DNA from: a virus
Taxonomy: Duplodnaviria; Caudoviricetes
Strand: one strand, 5' to 3'
DNA: 52,756 nucleotides
IMG/VR virus record: IMGVR_UViG_3300018063_000016
Span: 1 to 52,756 of that record
Shown: positions 8,004-17,857 of the stretch, one piece after another
How the letters are laid out: each line of letters begins with the position of its first letter
Position numbering within the stretch: position 1 is the first letter of the stretch
The notes under the pieces: generated by a model
What the model saw: only the letters and a program-made list of their open reading frames with translations
Database searches by the model: none
What the model was told of the DNA's origin: nothing
Position numbers and translations under genes: made by a program

Positions 8004-9556
8004 GCGACCAGATCGCCATCGACGAGCCGCCCCTGTCCGACAAGGGCATGCTGCGCCGCCTGCGCAGCGACTTCGCTTTCTATGCTCCGCGCGTATTGCG
8101 CATACGCACGAAGAAAGGCGCGATCGAGCGCTTCCGCATGAACCCCGCGCAGCGGGTCATCCACAACGCGCTCGAGGAACAGCTCAAACGCATCGGCAAG
8201 GTGCGCGCCATGATCCTGAAGGGTCGGCAGCAGGGCGCCAGCACCTATGTCGGCGGGCGCTTCTACCACCGCACTTCGGGCGAAGTCGGCAAACGCACTT
8301 TCATCCTCACGCATGAGGACAAGGCGACCGCGAACCTGTTTGAGATGGTCAAGCGGTACCACGAGCATTGCCCGAAGGTACTGCAGCCGGTCACGGGTCA
8401 GGACTCGGCTAAGGAGCTCAGCTTTCCGCAGATCGACAGCAAGTACACGGTAGCCACCGCCGGCGCCCGTGCTACGGGTCGAAGCGCGACGGCGCAGTTC
8501 TTCCACGGCTCGGAGATGGCCTTCTGGCCCGATGCGTTGAACCACTTGGCGGGCATCGGCCAGACCATCCCCGACGAGCCCGGTACCGAAGTGATCTTCG
8601 AGTCGACGGCCAACGGCATCGGCAACGCCTTCCACACCAAGTGGACCAGCGCGATCGAGGGAGACGGCGAGTACATCGCCATCTTCGTGCCCTGGTTCCT
8701 GCAACCCGAGTACAGCAAACCCGCGCCGGCGGGCTTCGTGCTCGATGCGGAGGAAGCGGAGTACGCGGCGACCTTCGACCTCAGTGCCGATCAGATGTAC
8801 TGGCGGCGCTGCAAGGTCGTCGACGACTTCGCCGGCGACGCTTCGCTGTTCGACCAGGAGTACCCGGCCACGCCGACCCTCGCGTTCATGCGCGGCGCCG
8901 ACAAGGGGCTCATCGGCGTGCTCATGGTCGTCGAGTCGCGCAAGCGCAAACCGATGTTCGACCGGGGCCCGAAGATCCTGGGCGTCGACCCGGCCGAGTA
9001 CGGCGAGGACAAAACGGCGATCGCGTTCAGACAGGGGCGCAAGGTTCACTGGGTTGAGCGGCATAGCAAGAAGGGCACGATGCAAGTGGCGGGCATCGTA
9101 GCCCGTTGGATCGATGAGGTTGAGCCCGACGCCGTGTGCGTGGACGTGACGGGCGTGGGCACGGGCGTCGCCGATCGCTTGATCGAGCTCGGCTACCCGA
9201 TGATCTACCGCGTGCACTTCGGGGAGAAGGCGTACGACGCCGACAAGTACGTGAACCGGCGCGCCGAGTGTTGGGGCGACATGAACGATTGGTTCAAGGA
9301 CAAGCCCAACCTCGTACCCGACGACAACCAACTGCAGTCCGACCTGTGCAGCGTGCAGTACCACTACGACAGCAGCCGGCGCATGGTGCTGATGTCCAAG
9401 GAAAAGATGAAGCAGCTCGGCCTGCCGTCGCCCGACTCGGGCGATGCGGTGGCGCTGACCTTCGCCGAGCGCATCGTGGTGCGCGAGAAAACCAAATCGT
9501 GGCGTGACCGCCTGTCCCGCGCCAAGGGCGTCGGCACGACCGCACAAGCAGCTTGA
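8000..9556 (+). CDS. terL: terminase large subunit
   Basis: ILKGRQQGAST (Walker A), FHGSE (Walker B), ESTANG (coupling motif), GVDPA...SPDSGDA nuclease acidic residues; GTG start. Confidence 0.95.
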   Translation: MSDQIAIDEPPLSDKGMLRRLRSDFAFYAPRVLRIRTKKGAIERFRMNPAQRVIHNALEEQLKRIGKVRAMILKGRQQGASTYVGGRFYHRTSGEVGKRTFILTHEDKATANLFEMVKRYHEHCPKVLQPVTGQDSAKELSFPQIDSKYTVATAGARATGRSATAQFFHGSEMAFWPDALNHLAGIGQTIPDEPGTEVIFESTANGIGNAFHTKWTSAIEGDGEYIAIFVPWFLQPEYSKPAPAGFVLDAEEAEYAATFDLSADQMYWRRCKVVDDFAGDASLFDQEYPATPTLAFMRGADKGLIGVLMVVESRKRKPMFDRGPKILGVDPAEYGEDKTAIAFRQGRKVHWVERHSKKGTMQVAGIVARWIDEVEPDAVCVDVTGVGTGVADRLIELGYPMIYRVHFGEKAYDADKYVNRRAECWGDMNDWFKDKPNLVPDDNQLQSDLCSVQYHYDSSRRMVLMSKEKMKQLGLPSPDSGDAVALTFAERIVVREKTKSWRDRLSRAKGVGTTAQAA

Positions 9557-9569
9557 GAGGGAGAACACC

Positions 9570-11666
9570 ATGTCAGACCTAGTCGCAGAAGAAAACTGGC
9601 AGCGCTTCAACTACGCGCTGACCCGGGGGCATCGCAACTACACCGAGCAGGCGCAGCTATGCGAACGCATGTACCTGGGCGGGGGCCGGCAGTGGAGCCC
9701 CGAGGACAAGGCCGTGCTCGACGAGCAGAAGCGCCCGGCGTACGAGTTCAACGAGATCCTGCCGAGCATCAACAGCGCCATCGGTCACCAGCTGCACAAC
9801 CGCATGGACATCACCTTCAAGCCGCGCGGGGGCGACGCCGACCAGGCGCGCGCGGACACGTTCGCCAAGGTGACGATGCAGATCGCCGACAACACGCACC
9901 TGCACTGGAAGGAGACGGAGGTTTTCGGCGACGGGCTCATCCAGCAGCGCGGCTACTTCGACGTGCGCATGGAGTTCGACTCCAACATGCAGGGCAACCT
10001 CCAAGTAACGGTGCCCGACCCGCTCGACATCATCCCCGACCCCGACGCCAAGACGTACGAGCCCGAAGGGTGGGCCGATGTGCTGTGGACGCGCTGGCTC
10101 ACGTACGACGAGGTTGAGGGCAACTACGGCAAGAAGGCGCGCCAGGCCGTCGAGCAGCGCTACAGCAGCAACGAGGATGCGGACTGGGGCGACTCGGGCG
10201 ACGACTCGGGTGCTGCGCGCAACAAGTTCGGGGATGCCGCGTTCGCCTCGGGCGGGTTCGATGCGTTGTACCGCCAGGGCAACGTGCAGCGCGTGCGCAT
10301 CATCGACCGGCAGAAATGGGTGCGCTCGATGACGCAGTGCCTGTTCTACCCGCGCACGGGCGACCTGAAGGTTGCCGAGAACCTGTCGACGCCGGTGCTG
10401 ATGCGCGAGCTCGAGCAGGGCGCGATCCGCACGAAGGCGATGCAAAAGCGCGTGCGCTGGACCGCCTCGACGATGGACATCGCGCTGCACAACGAGTGGA
10501 GCGAGTACAACGGCTTCACGATCATTCCGTACTTCGCGCTGTTCCGCCGCGGCCAGACGATCGGACTCGTCGACAACGCGATCGGCCCGCAGCAGGCCAA
10601 CAACAAGGCGCTGAGCCAGTTCGTGCACATCGTCAACTCCGCGGCCAACAGCGGATGGATCGTCGAGGAGAACAGCCTCGTCAACATGGACAGCGCCGAG
10701 CTCGAGCACAAAGGCGCCATGACCGGGCTCGTGCTGGAGTTCAAGAAGGGCAGCGCGGCCCCGCAGAAGATCCAGCCCAACCAAGTACCGCAGGGCGTGG
10801 ACCGACTCATCGAGCTGACGCGCAACGCGCTCAAGAACGTCACCGTGCCCGATCCGATGCGCGGCATGGACGGCGCCGACACGTCGGGCGTCGCACGCCA
10901 GCACGCGCAGTTCGCCTCGCAGCAGCAGATCGGCTTGCCGCTCGACAACCTCGCGCGCACGCGCCACCTGCTGGCGGAGAAGTTCCGCGACCTGATCCAG
11001 CAGTTCTACACCGACGAGCGCGTGATCCGCATCACCGAGACGGACTTCGCCACCGGCGAGCCGATCGACGCGTCGGTCACGATCAACCAGATGGACCCCA
11101 TGACTGGGGAGTACGCCAACGACCTGACCGTGGGCGACTACGACGCCGTCGTCACCGAGCAGCCGGCCGCCGTCACCTTCGAGAACTCGCAGTTCCAGCA
11201 GGCCCTTGCGATGCGCAAGGAGGGCGTCGCGATCCCCGACTCGACCGTGGTGCAGCACAGCTCGCTCACGCGCAAGAAGGACGTGCTCGAGGAGATGGCC
11301 CGCAACGCCGCCAACAGCGGCGACCCGCTGGCCGCCGCCAAGGCCGAGCTCATCAAGGCGCAGACCGTCAAGACGCAGAACGAGTCGGTCAACGTCAGCG
11401 TCGAAGGCATGTTCAGCGCCACGCAGGCCGCCAATCAGATCGCCGCGGTGCCGCAAGTCGCACCGCTGGCCGATCAACTGCTCAAGTCGGCCGGGTTCAT
11501 CGACATGGACGGGCCGCCGATCGTGCCGACCGTGCCCGAGGGCGTCATGCCGGGCGCGATTGACGTACAGGAAAACACGTCACCGCTGTTCCCCGCGCGT
11601 ACACAAAATCCTGGTGAAGGTTTGATGCATGGCATCGAAACGATTGACCAAGGAGTGCCTCAATGA
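9570..11666 (+). CDS. portal protein (P22-like)
   Basis: ~700 aa after terL; YLGGGRQW, RPAYEFNEILP, IIPDPDA, NKALSQ motifs; GAGGGAG SD. Confidence 0.88.
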   Translation: MSDLVAEENWQRFNYALTRGHRNYTEQAQLCERMYLGGGRQWSPEDKAVLDEQKRPAYEFNEILPSINSAIGHQLHNRMDITFKPRGGDADQARADTFAKVTMQIADNTHLHWKETEVFGDGLIQQRGYFDVRMEFDSNMQGNLQVTVPDPLDIIPDPDAKTYEPEGWADVLWTRWLTYDEVEGNYGKKARQAVEQRYSSNEDADWGDSGDDSGAARNKFGDAAFASGGFDALYRQGNVQRVRIIDRQKWVRSMTQCLFYPRTGDLKVAENLSTPVLMRELEQGAIRTKAMQKRVRWTASTMDIALHNEWSEYNGFTIIPYFALFRRGQTIGLVDNAIGPQQANNKALSQFVHIVNSAANSGWIVEENSLVNMDSAELEHKGAMTGLVLEFKKGSAAPQKIQPNQVPQGVDRLIELTRNALKNVTVPDPMRGMDGADTSGVARQHAQFASQQQIGLPLDNLARTRHLLAEKFRDLIQQFYTDERVIRITETDFATGEPIDASVTINQMDPMTGEYANDLTVGDYDAVVTEQPAAVTFENSQFQQALAMRKEGVAIPDSTVVQHSSLTRKKDVLEEMARNAANSGDPLAAAKAELIKAQTVKTQNESVNVSVEGMFSATQAANQIAAVPQVAPLADQLLKSAGFIDMDGPPIVPTVPEGVMPGAIDVQENTSPLFPARTQNPGEGLMHGIETIDQGVPQ

Positions 11667-12289
11667 ACGAGAAGTTCGGTCGGTACACGGTACTGGCGGA
11701 AGCCGGTTCTAAGAACGACATGCGTCAAGTACTGTGTCGATGCGAATGCGGTACCGAGCGGGTCGTCTACATGAAGAACCTTCGCTCGGGAAATTCGCAG
11801 TCGTGCGGGTGCCTGGCGTCGGAGACAACCGCCCGCCGCAACTTCAAGCACGGGCACGCCAAGACGCCAACTTGGCAGATATGGGTCGGCATGCTGCAGC
11901 GGTGCAGCGAAACGGCGACCGGCGACAACAAGGCGGCGTACTTCGATCGCGGCATTCGCGTGTGCGAGCGTTGGCAGGAGTTCGCCAACTTCCTCGCCGA
12001 CATGGGGGAGCGCCCCACAGGCATGTCGCTTGATCGTCACCCCAACGGCGAGGGCAACTACGAGCCGGGCAACTGCCGTTGGGCGACGCCTACGCAGCAG
12101 TCTCGCAATACGAGCCGAAACAAGCTGCTGACCTTCGCCGGGGAAACGCTCACGTGTGCCGAGTGGGCACAGCGCAAGGGGTGGTCGCCGGACGTCATCA
12201 AAAACAGGTTGCGCTATGGCTGGCCCGTTGAGCGAATCCTCACGACCGAGCCGCATCCAAACGACCCGGGCCTGGGAGTGACTGCGTGA
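11663..12289 (+). CDS. free-standing HNH homing endonuclease
   Basis: CRCECG, SCGC, RGIRVCERW, SLDR..GNYEPGNCRWAT..QSRN; AAGGAG SD. Confidence 0.88.
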   Translation: MNEKFGRYTVLAEAGSKNDMRQVLCRCECGTERVVYMKNLRSGNSQSCGCLASETTARRNFKHGHAKTPTWQIWVGMLQRCSETATGDNKAAYFDRGIRVCERWQEFANFLADMGERPTGMSLDRHPNGEGNYEPGNCRWATPTQQSRNTSRNKLLTFAGETLTCAEWAQRKGWSPDVIKNRLRYGWPVERILTTEPHPNDPGLGVTA

Positions 12290-12654
12290 GCGTGGACGAG
12301 TACGTGGACGGCTGGCTGGACAACGCCATGGAACGCAACACCGCCGAGCTACTGCGCCGCCGACCGAAAGGACAACCACCCGTGATCGAGTACTTCGCAC
12401 AAATGCACCCGCAAGCCTTCGATCGCGCGAACCGCGAGCTCGCGCAGGCTGCTCCGAAGTGGATACGGCGCTTCGCCGGCGAGACGATGGCGTCGCACCT
12501 GATCGGCGTGCACACGCGCATCAAGCAGGCCGGGCTGAAACCCGTTGCGTTCCGGCTCACGCGCGAGCAGTGGGACCAACTACTCGCCGAGGTAGGCGCC
12601 GCGGCCACGTGGCACCACCGATTCGACGGCCTGCCGATCGAGTTCAAAGACTGA
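12286..12654 (+). CDS. hypothetical protein
   Basis: GTGA overlap, GGGAG SD. Confidence 0.65.
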   Translation: MSVDEYVDGWLDNAMERNTAELLRRRPKGQPPVIEYFAQMHPQAFDRANRELAQAAPKWIRRFAGETMASHLIGVHTRIKQAGLKPVAFRLTREQWDQLLAEVGAAATWHHRFDGLPIEFKD

Positions 12655-12680
12655 CAACCAACCAACTGAGGGAGACCACC

Positions 12681-12977
12681 ATGGCACGAGCAAACCCACC
12701 CGGCTTTTTCCACCACATCGCGGGCGCCGCGACCACCCTCGTGAAGGGCGGTGCCGGCGTGCTCGAGCGCGTCGTGAACAACAAGAAGGTACTGAGCGGC
12801 GTGATCACCGTGTACGACGGCGTCGACGCGACCGGCGCGGTGATCGCGATCATCACCAACCCCGCCACGCTGCTCGACAACGCGCAGACGCTCGAGTACG
12901 GGGTGAAGTTCACGACCGGCCTGTGCGTGGTGACCAGCGCGGCCGACGACCTCACCGTCGTGCATTCCAACGGTTGA
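12681..12977 (+). CDS. small beta-rich protein, possibly virion-associated
   Basis: GAGGGAG SD; TTLVKGGAGVL..ITVYD..FTTGLCVV pattern. Confidence 0.7.
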   Translation: MARANPPGFFHHIAGAATTLVKGGAGVLERVVNNKKVLSGVITVYDGVDATGAVIAIITNPATLLDNAQTLEYGVKFTTGLCVVTSAADDLTVVHSNG

Positions 12978-12991
12978 ACCGGGGATGCACC

Positions 12992-13549
12992 ATGACCGTC
13001 GTTGCCTACTGTGGTCGGACGATCGCCATCGACCGCCAGGCCACCCTTTGCGAAACGCGCAGCCGCACGAAGAAGTGGCGCCGCATGAAAAACGGCACGC
13101 TGGTGCTGCTGTCGGGAACCATCGTGCGCGCGCTCGCCATCGCACACTGGCTGGAGACCGGCGCGCGCGCCAGCCGCTGGCCGTATCAGGAGCACGAGGA
13201 GGCGGAGGAGAACTTCGCGCGCGTGCTCGTGCTCAAGCCAGGCGAGCCGCTGCTGCAGTACGAGAACGACCCGCACGCGATGGCCGTTGAGGACCCCTTC
13301 TATGCGTGGGGCAGCGGCGGCGACATCGCCATCGGTGCGCTCGCGATGGGAGCGAGTGCGACGCAGGCCGTGGAAGTCGCGAGCCAGTTCAACGTCAACT
13401 GCGGCCACGGCGTGGACGCGTTCGACATCAAAGACGGCAGCCAACTGCCCACACGAGGAGGGAAGACCCATGAAGTACACCGGATCACTGCTGCTGAGCG
13501 CAGCGCTGCTGTTCGCCGGCCTGATCGTGCTCGGTATGCCGAGTACTGA
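12992..13549 (+). CDS. Ntn-hydrolase, proteasome-beta/HslV-like peptidase
   Basis: N-terminal MTVVAY..IAIDRQAT (Thr nucleophile position), YAWGSGGDIAIGAL, AVEVASQF..CG. Confidence 0.75.
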   Translation: MTVVAYCGRTIAIDRQATLCETRSRTKKWRRMKNGTLVLLSGTIVRALAIAHWLETGARASRWPYQEHEEAEENFARVLVLKPGEPLLQYENDPHAMAVEDPFYAWGSGGDIAIGALAMGASATQAVEVASQFNVNCGHGVDAFDIKDGSQLPTRGGKTHEVHRITAAERSAAVRRPDRARYAEY

Positions 13550-13598
13550 GCGCACGCGCCAGAACGTCGAAGCCATCTTCGCGGCGCTCGCGCCATGA
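13470..13598 (+). CDS. 42-aa single-TM protein
   Basis: Strong GAGGAGGG SD, hydrophobic LLLSAALLFAGLIVLG; ATGA coupled to the next gene. Confidence 0.6.
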   Translation: MKYTGSLLLSAALLFAGLIVLGMPSTERTRQNVEAIFAALAP

Positions 13599-13807
13599 GC
13601 GACCTCGTCAAAGCCGTGGCCGGCGTGCTGGCCGGCGGGATCGTGGGCTGGAGCGCCAACGCGCTGACCCTCGTGGGCCGCGTCGACGCGATCGAGAAGT
13701 CGCAGGCGCGCGTGGAAGCACGCGTCGAGCTGCTCATCCAGCGCATCGAGCAGCAACCCCGCCTCGACTTCGGCAACCCACCCAAGCCCATCCAACCACG
13801 TAGTTGA
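13595..13807 (+). CDS. small TM plus coiled-coil protein (holin-like?)
   Basis: N-terminal hydrophobic helix followed by a heptad-like segment. Confidence 0.55.
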   Translation: MSDLVKAVAGVLAGGIVGWSANALTLVGRVDAIEKSQARVEARVELLIQRIEQQPRLDFGNPPKPIQPRS

Positions 13808-13870
13808 AAGCAGCCGCGCGGGCTGTCTCCCGCGCACCCCAAACCAACGACCCCAACGGGAGGAAACCCC

Positions 13871-14857
13871 ATGTCAGCAGCAGCAGCAGACCTCGAGCTC
13901 GACGACCACGTCGACACCCTCAACCTTGACGACGACGCCGGCGACGGCAACGAAGCGGAGGACCGCGGCGACGTGGTCGACCCCGATGCGGTAGCGGAAG
14001 CGGCGGCGGCAACGGCAGCCGCAGCAGCCCCGGCGGCCGCGGCACCAGCAACACCGGCGAAGGGCGCCGCCGCAGCGACCCCGGAACCCGCAGCAGGCGA
14101 GGAAGCCGATGCGGAAGGCGAGGCCGGCGGCAAGCGCGGGCAGATGATCCCACTGTCGCGCTTCAACGAGGTACTGGCCGAGCGCAATTCCCTGCGCCAG
14201 GCCGTCAGCTTGGCCGCCGGCGCGCCCGCGCAGGCCCCCGCTGTCGCTGCACCGCCGGCAGCCCCCGAGTTCGACCTCGACGCCAAGGAAGCCGCGTACA
14301 CGAAGGCGCTGGTGGACGGCGACGACGAGGCCGCGCTGAAGGTGCGCAAGGAAATCAACACGCACATCCGGCAGGAGTCGGTACGCGAAGCGGCCGACCT
14401 GATCCGCGCCGAGAACGCGACCAACGCGTTCAAAGCGGTGGGCCAGGAGATGCGCGAAACCTACCCCGACCTCGACGAAAAGAGCACAACCGCCAATTCC
14501 GACGCAATCGAGTACGTGGTTTGGAAGCGTGACCAATTGATCCAACAGGGCAAGCCACTGCACACTGCCTTGCGTGAAGCTGCCGCAGCGGCAGCGAAGA
14601 CGTTCAACCTGTCCGATACGAGGCAGGCAGCAGCGCCGGCAGCATCCCCAACGCCGGCCGCAGCACCGGGAGTGGACCCGCGCAAGGCAACGCAGCTCGC
14701 ACGCAACGCGCGCGCCGCTGCAGCTCAGCCGGCCGCTCCGACAGGGGTGGGTGACCGCTCGGCGGTACCGGCCCGTGTGGGTGATGTGAAGGACATGACG
14801 GACGACGAGTATTCGCGGTTGCCGCTTGCGGAGAAGAAGAAGCTGCGCGGCGACTGA
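13871..14857 (+). CDS. capsid scaffolding protein
   Basis: Acidic/Ala-rich N-terminus, MIPLSRFNEV motif, C-terminal DVKDMTDDEY..LRGD; upstream of MCP; GGGAGG SD. Confidence 0.85.
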   Translation: MSAAAADLELDDHVDTLNLDDDAGDGNEAEDRGDVVDPDAVAEAAAATAAAAAPAAAAPATPAKGAAAATPEPAAGEEADAEGEAGGKRGQMIPLSRFNEVLAERNSLRQAVSLAAGAPAQAPAVAAPPAAPEFDLDAKEAAYTKALVDGDDEAALKVRKEINTHIRQESVREAADLIRAENATNAFKAVGQEMRETYPDLDEKSTTANSDAIEYVVWKRDQLIQQGKPLHTALREAAAAAAKTFNLSDTRQAAAPAASPTPAAAPGVDPRKATQLARNARAAAAQPAAPTGVGDRSAVPARVGDVKDMTDDEYSRLPLAEKKKLRGD

Positions 14858-15121
14858 ACGAAGAACAAGCAGGGAGGAGCGCGTCGGGGGTACCTGAGTA
14901 GGTTGGTTGGCAAAGCTCGCCACGAAGGCGACTGACGCGTTGGAGGAGGTTCCCGGGTGCCTTTCACCCGGGGGACTCGCCCCCCACAAAGGGGCGTATC
15001 CGCCGAGCTTGAGGCGTTAAACAAGCGGGTCACGTGCACCCCCTTCCCGGAACGCATGACTTTCGCGCTGTGAGCGGCGTACGGCTCGCGCAAAGCCATA
15101 TCCACGTTCACAGGGAAACCC
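14858..15121 (+). promoter_or_regulatory. structured 5' leader of the major capsid gene
   Basis: 264-nt non-coding gap with multiple stems and repeated GGCGT loops. Confidence 0.5.
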
Positions 15122-16225
15122 ATGTCATTGACCAACTTCGCTGCGCTCACGTCGCAGCAAAAACTCGTGTGGAGCCGCGACGTCTGGAGCGCCGCCCGCG
15201 ACATGATGTTCATCAAGAAGTTCACTGGTACCGACGAGAACAACGTCATCCAGCGAATCACCGAGCTCACGAAGACCGAAAAGGGCGAGCAGTGCATCAT
15301 GCACTTGGTTGCCGACCTCGTTGAAGACGGCGTCATCGGAGACAACGAGCGCGAAGGCAACGAGGAGGCGATGCAGTCGTACGCGCAGGTCATCAACATC
15401 GACCTGATCACGCACAGCGTACGCAACAAGGGCAAGCTCGCCGAGCAGAAGACGGTCATCAAGTTCCGCGAGATGGGCCGCGACCGCCTGGCCTACTGGC
15501 TCGCCAACCGCGTCGATCAGCTCGCGTTCCTGATGATGTCGGGACTCGCGTTCAGCTACAAGAACAACGGCGCCACGCGCACCGGCTCGCCGTTCCCGAA
15601 CCTGTCGTTCGCCGCCGATGTCGTCGCCCCCTCGAGCGCCCGCTCGCTGATGTGGGACGGCACCGCCCTGGCCACCAGCGCCACGGGTTCCGTCACGAGC
15701 GCCTTCGTGCCCTCGTACAAGATGATCGTCGACCTCGTCGCGTACGCCAAGGAGCACTACGTCAAGCCGCTCATGAGCGGTGGCAAGGAGTACTACTGCC
15801 TGTTCGTGCAGCCCGGTACCCTGGCCGCGCTCAAGAAGGACGCTGACTACCAGCGCGCCGTCGTGGGCGTTGCGACGAAGTCGGGCACCGACTCGCCGTG
15901 GTTCACCGGCGCCACCGTCACCATCGACGGCGTCGCGATCCACGAGCACCGCCTCGTGTTCCACACCAAGGGTGCCGCATCGGGTGCCAAGTGGGGCGCG
16001 GGCTCGGCGATCAACGGCACGCGTTCGCTGCTGTGCGGCGCGCAGGCGCTCGGACTCGCAGACCTGGGCGCTCCCGAATGGAATGAAAAGGAGTTCCAGT
16101 ACGGGAGCCAGCAGGGCATCAACATCGACAAGATGTTCGGCCTGCTGAAGTCGAAGTTCTATTCGATCTACGACGGCAGCTCGCAAGACTTCGGGATCGT
16201 CACCTGCGACCACTACCTGCAGTAA
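15122..16225 (+). CDS. major capsid protein (N4 gp56/DUF4043-like)
   Basis: MSLTNFAAL..IQRITELTK..EGNEE..IDLITHSVR..IDGVAIHEH..GAQALG; follows scaffold. Confidence 0.9.
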   Translation: MSLTNFAALTSQQKLVWSRDVWSAARDMMFIKKFTGTDENNVIQRITELTKTEKGEQCIMHLVADLVEDGVIGDNEREGNEEAMQSYAQVINIDLITHSVRNKGKLAEQKTVIKFREMGRDRLAYWLANRVDQLAFLMMSGLAFSYKNNGATRTGSPFPNLSFAADVVAPSSARSLMWDGTALATSATGSVTSAFVPSYKMIVDLVAYAKEHYVKPLMSGGKEYYCLFVQPGTLAALKKDADYQRAVVGVATKSGTDSPWFTGATVTIDGVAIHEHRLVFHTKGAASGAKWGAGSAINGTRSLLCGAQALGLADLGAPEWNEKEFQYGSQQGINIDKMFGLLKSKFYSIYDGSSQDFGIVTCDHYLQ

Positions 16226-16235
16226 TGCAGGCCAT

Positions 16236-16272
16236 GGGCTGCACCCCACGCCAAGGGGTGCGGCCCTTTTTT
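16236..16272 (+). terminator. intrinsic terminator after MCP
   Basis: GGGCTGCACCCC/GGGGTGCGGCCC stem followed by T6. Confidence 0.85.
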
Positions 16273-16320
16273 GTGCCCGAAAAGGGCACGCCCTCGTGTT
16301 GCTGAAAAGGGAGACACAAC

Positions 16321-16725
16321 ATGGCAATTGCAAAAGACTCGGGCCGGCAGGAAGTCATCCACGCCGACATCCCGTTCACGTTCGCAACGCTCGGCGCCAC
16401 CGCCGTCGCGATCGAGGCGATCGATCTTCCGGTCGGCGCTGAAATCATCGGCGGTGACCTGATCGTCGACACCGCGTTCGACACCGGCACGACTGCGACG
16501 TTCAAGTTCGGCGACGCGCTCGATGACGACCGCTACACCGCGTCAGCGATCGACCTGAAGACGGCTGCGCGCACTGCGCTGACCGTCACCGGGTACCGGG
16601 CGCTGGCCACCAGCAACAAGCTGAAGATCCTGCCGACCTATGTCGGTACGGCCGCAACGGCCGGTGCTGGACGCGTGCGCATTCAGTACATCGTCGACGG
16701 TCGCGCTGCCTTCTCGCAAGGCTGA
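16321..16725 (+). CDS. capsid decoration/cement-like protein
   Basis: Follows MCP; LPVGAEIIGG..TAFD..TAGAGRVRIQY beta-sandwich pattern; AGGGAG SD. Confidence 0.7.
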   Translation: MAIAKDSGRQEVIHADIPFTFATLGATAVAIEAIDLPVGAEIIGGDLIVDTAFDTGTTATFKFGDALDDDRYTASAIDLKTAARTALTVTGYRALATSNKLKILPTYVGTAATAGAGRVRIQYIVDGRAAFSQG

Positions 16726-16769
16726 TCCGCGCGCTAACAAGCTGCAAACAAGCAACTGATTGGGGTTTT

Positions 16770-16803
16770 CGCGCGCGGTCTTCACCGGCTGCGCGCGCTT
16801 TTT
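16770..16803 (+). terminator. intrinsic terminator
   Basis: CGCGCGCGGTC/GGCTGCGCGCG stem followed by T5. Confidence 0.6.
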
Positions 16804-16826
16804 AACCCTCCCCACAAGGACCCACC

Positions 16827-17189
16827 ATGAAATTCCGTTCCCCCACCCAAGAACCCGTCTACCTCGCGCTCACCAGCAGTCACACCGCCGTCGTGGGCCC
16901 CGAGCTCGGCGAGCTCGAGCAGCGCTTTCACCGCGAGGCGATCGCCGAGGGCTGCATCCCTGAAGGGATGGACGCCGCGCCGATGCCCAAGCAGACCGAG
17001 CGCACGAAAAGCGAAGTGATCGACGACGCCATCCGCAAGATGATCGCCGACGCCAAGCCCGAGGACTTCACCCGCGACGGCAAGGTCGACGCCAACGCAC
17101 TGAGCGAGCGCGTGGGCTTCGCCGTCAGCGCCTCCGAGCGCAATGCGGCGTGGGACAAGATCTCCAACGACGAGGCTGACAAGGAGTGA
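16827..17189 (+). CDS. hypothetical head-module protein
   Basis: CACAAGGA SD; DFTRDGK..LSERVGF..ERNAAW C-terminal helical motif. Confidence 0.75.
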   Translation: MKFRSPTQEPVYLALTSSHTAVVGPELGELEQRFHREAIAEGCIPEGMDAAPMPKQTERTKSEVIDDAIRKMIADAKPEDFTRDGKVDANALSERVGFAVSASERNAAWDKISNDEADKE

Positions 17190-17857
17190 AGCGCCCCGAG
17201 CTGCTCGCGGCGTGGCGCTCCCTCGTCGACGACGAGGCGCAGCCCTACCTGTGGGACGACGACGATGCGCAGCGTTACCTCGACGCTGCGCACCGCGAGG
17301 CCGCCGCGCGCGCTCGGCTTATCCGTGACTCGACCACCGCGGCCGTCTGTTCGGTCGCCGTGGTCGCCAACACCGCCGGCTACGCGCTGCACGCGTCGAT
17401 CATCGACGTGGAACGCGCGAAGCTGTCGACCGACACCGAGACGCTCGAGCTCACCAGCACCGAGGAGCTCGACCGCACCGCGCCCGGGTGGGAGTCGCTG
17501 ACCGGCTCGCCCTCGCACCTGGCGCTCGACCGCGAAGGCCTGACCTTCAAGGCGACGCTGGCCGCCAAGCCGAGCGCCGCGTCGACCATGTCGCTCGTCG
17601 TGTTCCGGCTGCCGCTCGCATCCATCAACAGCGACGACGACAGCCCCGAGTTCGCCGAGCAGTGGCACTACGGGCTCATCAAGTGGATGGCCCACCTGTC
17701 GTACTGCAAGCAGGACGCCGAGACGCGCAACGACGCCAAGGCTAAGCAGTACGCCGACGAGTTCACCGAGGAGTTCGGCCAGCGCCCCGACGCGAACGTC
17801 GCGCGCAAGCGTGCCGATCGGCGCAGCTCGCGCACCCGGTTTCGGGAGCTCGGATGA
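17186..17857 (+). CDS. head-tail adaptor/connector
   Basis: DDEAQPYLWDD..YLDAAHREA..WMAHLSY.KQDAET; position in module. Confidence 0.75.
   Translation: MKRPELLAAWRSLVDDEAQPYLWDDDDAQRYLDAAHREAAARARLIRDSTTAAVCSVAVVANTAGYALHASIIDVERAKLSTDTETLELTSTEELDRTAPGWESLTGSPSHLALDREGLTFKATLAAKPSAASTMSLVVFRLPLASINSDDDSPEFAEQWHYGLIKWMAHLSYCKQDAETRNDAKAKQYADEFTEEFGQRPDANVARKRADRRSSRTRFRELG

Noticed and set aside
14480-14830. Low-GC3 patch in the scaffold gene as another nested gene
   Set aside because: Alternative frames give short or non-protein-like translations with no SD
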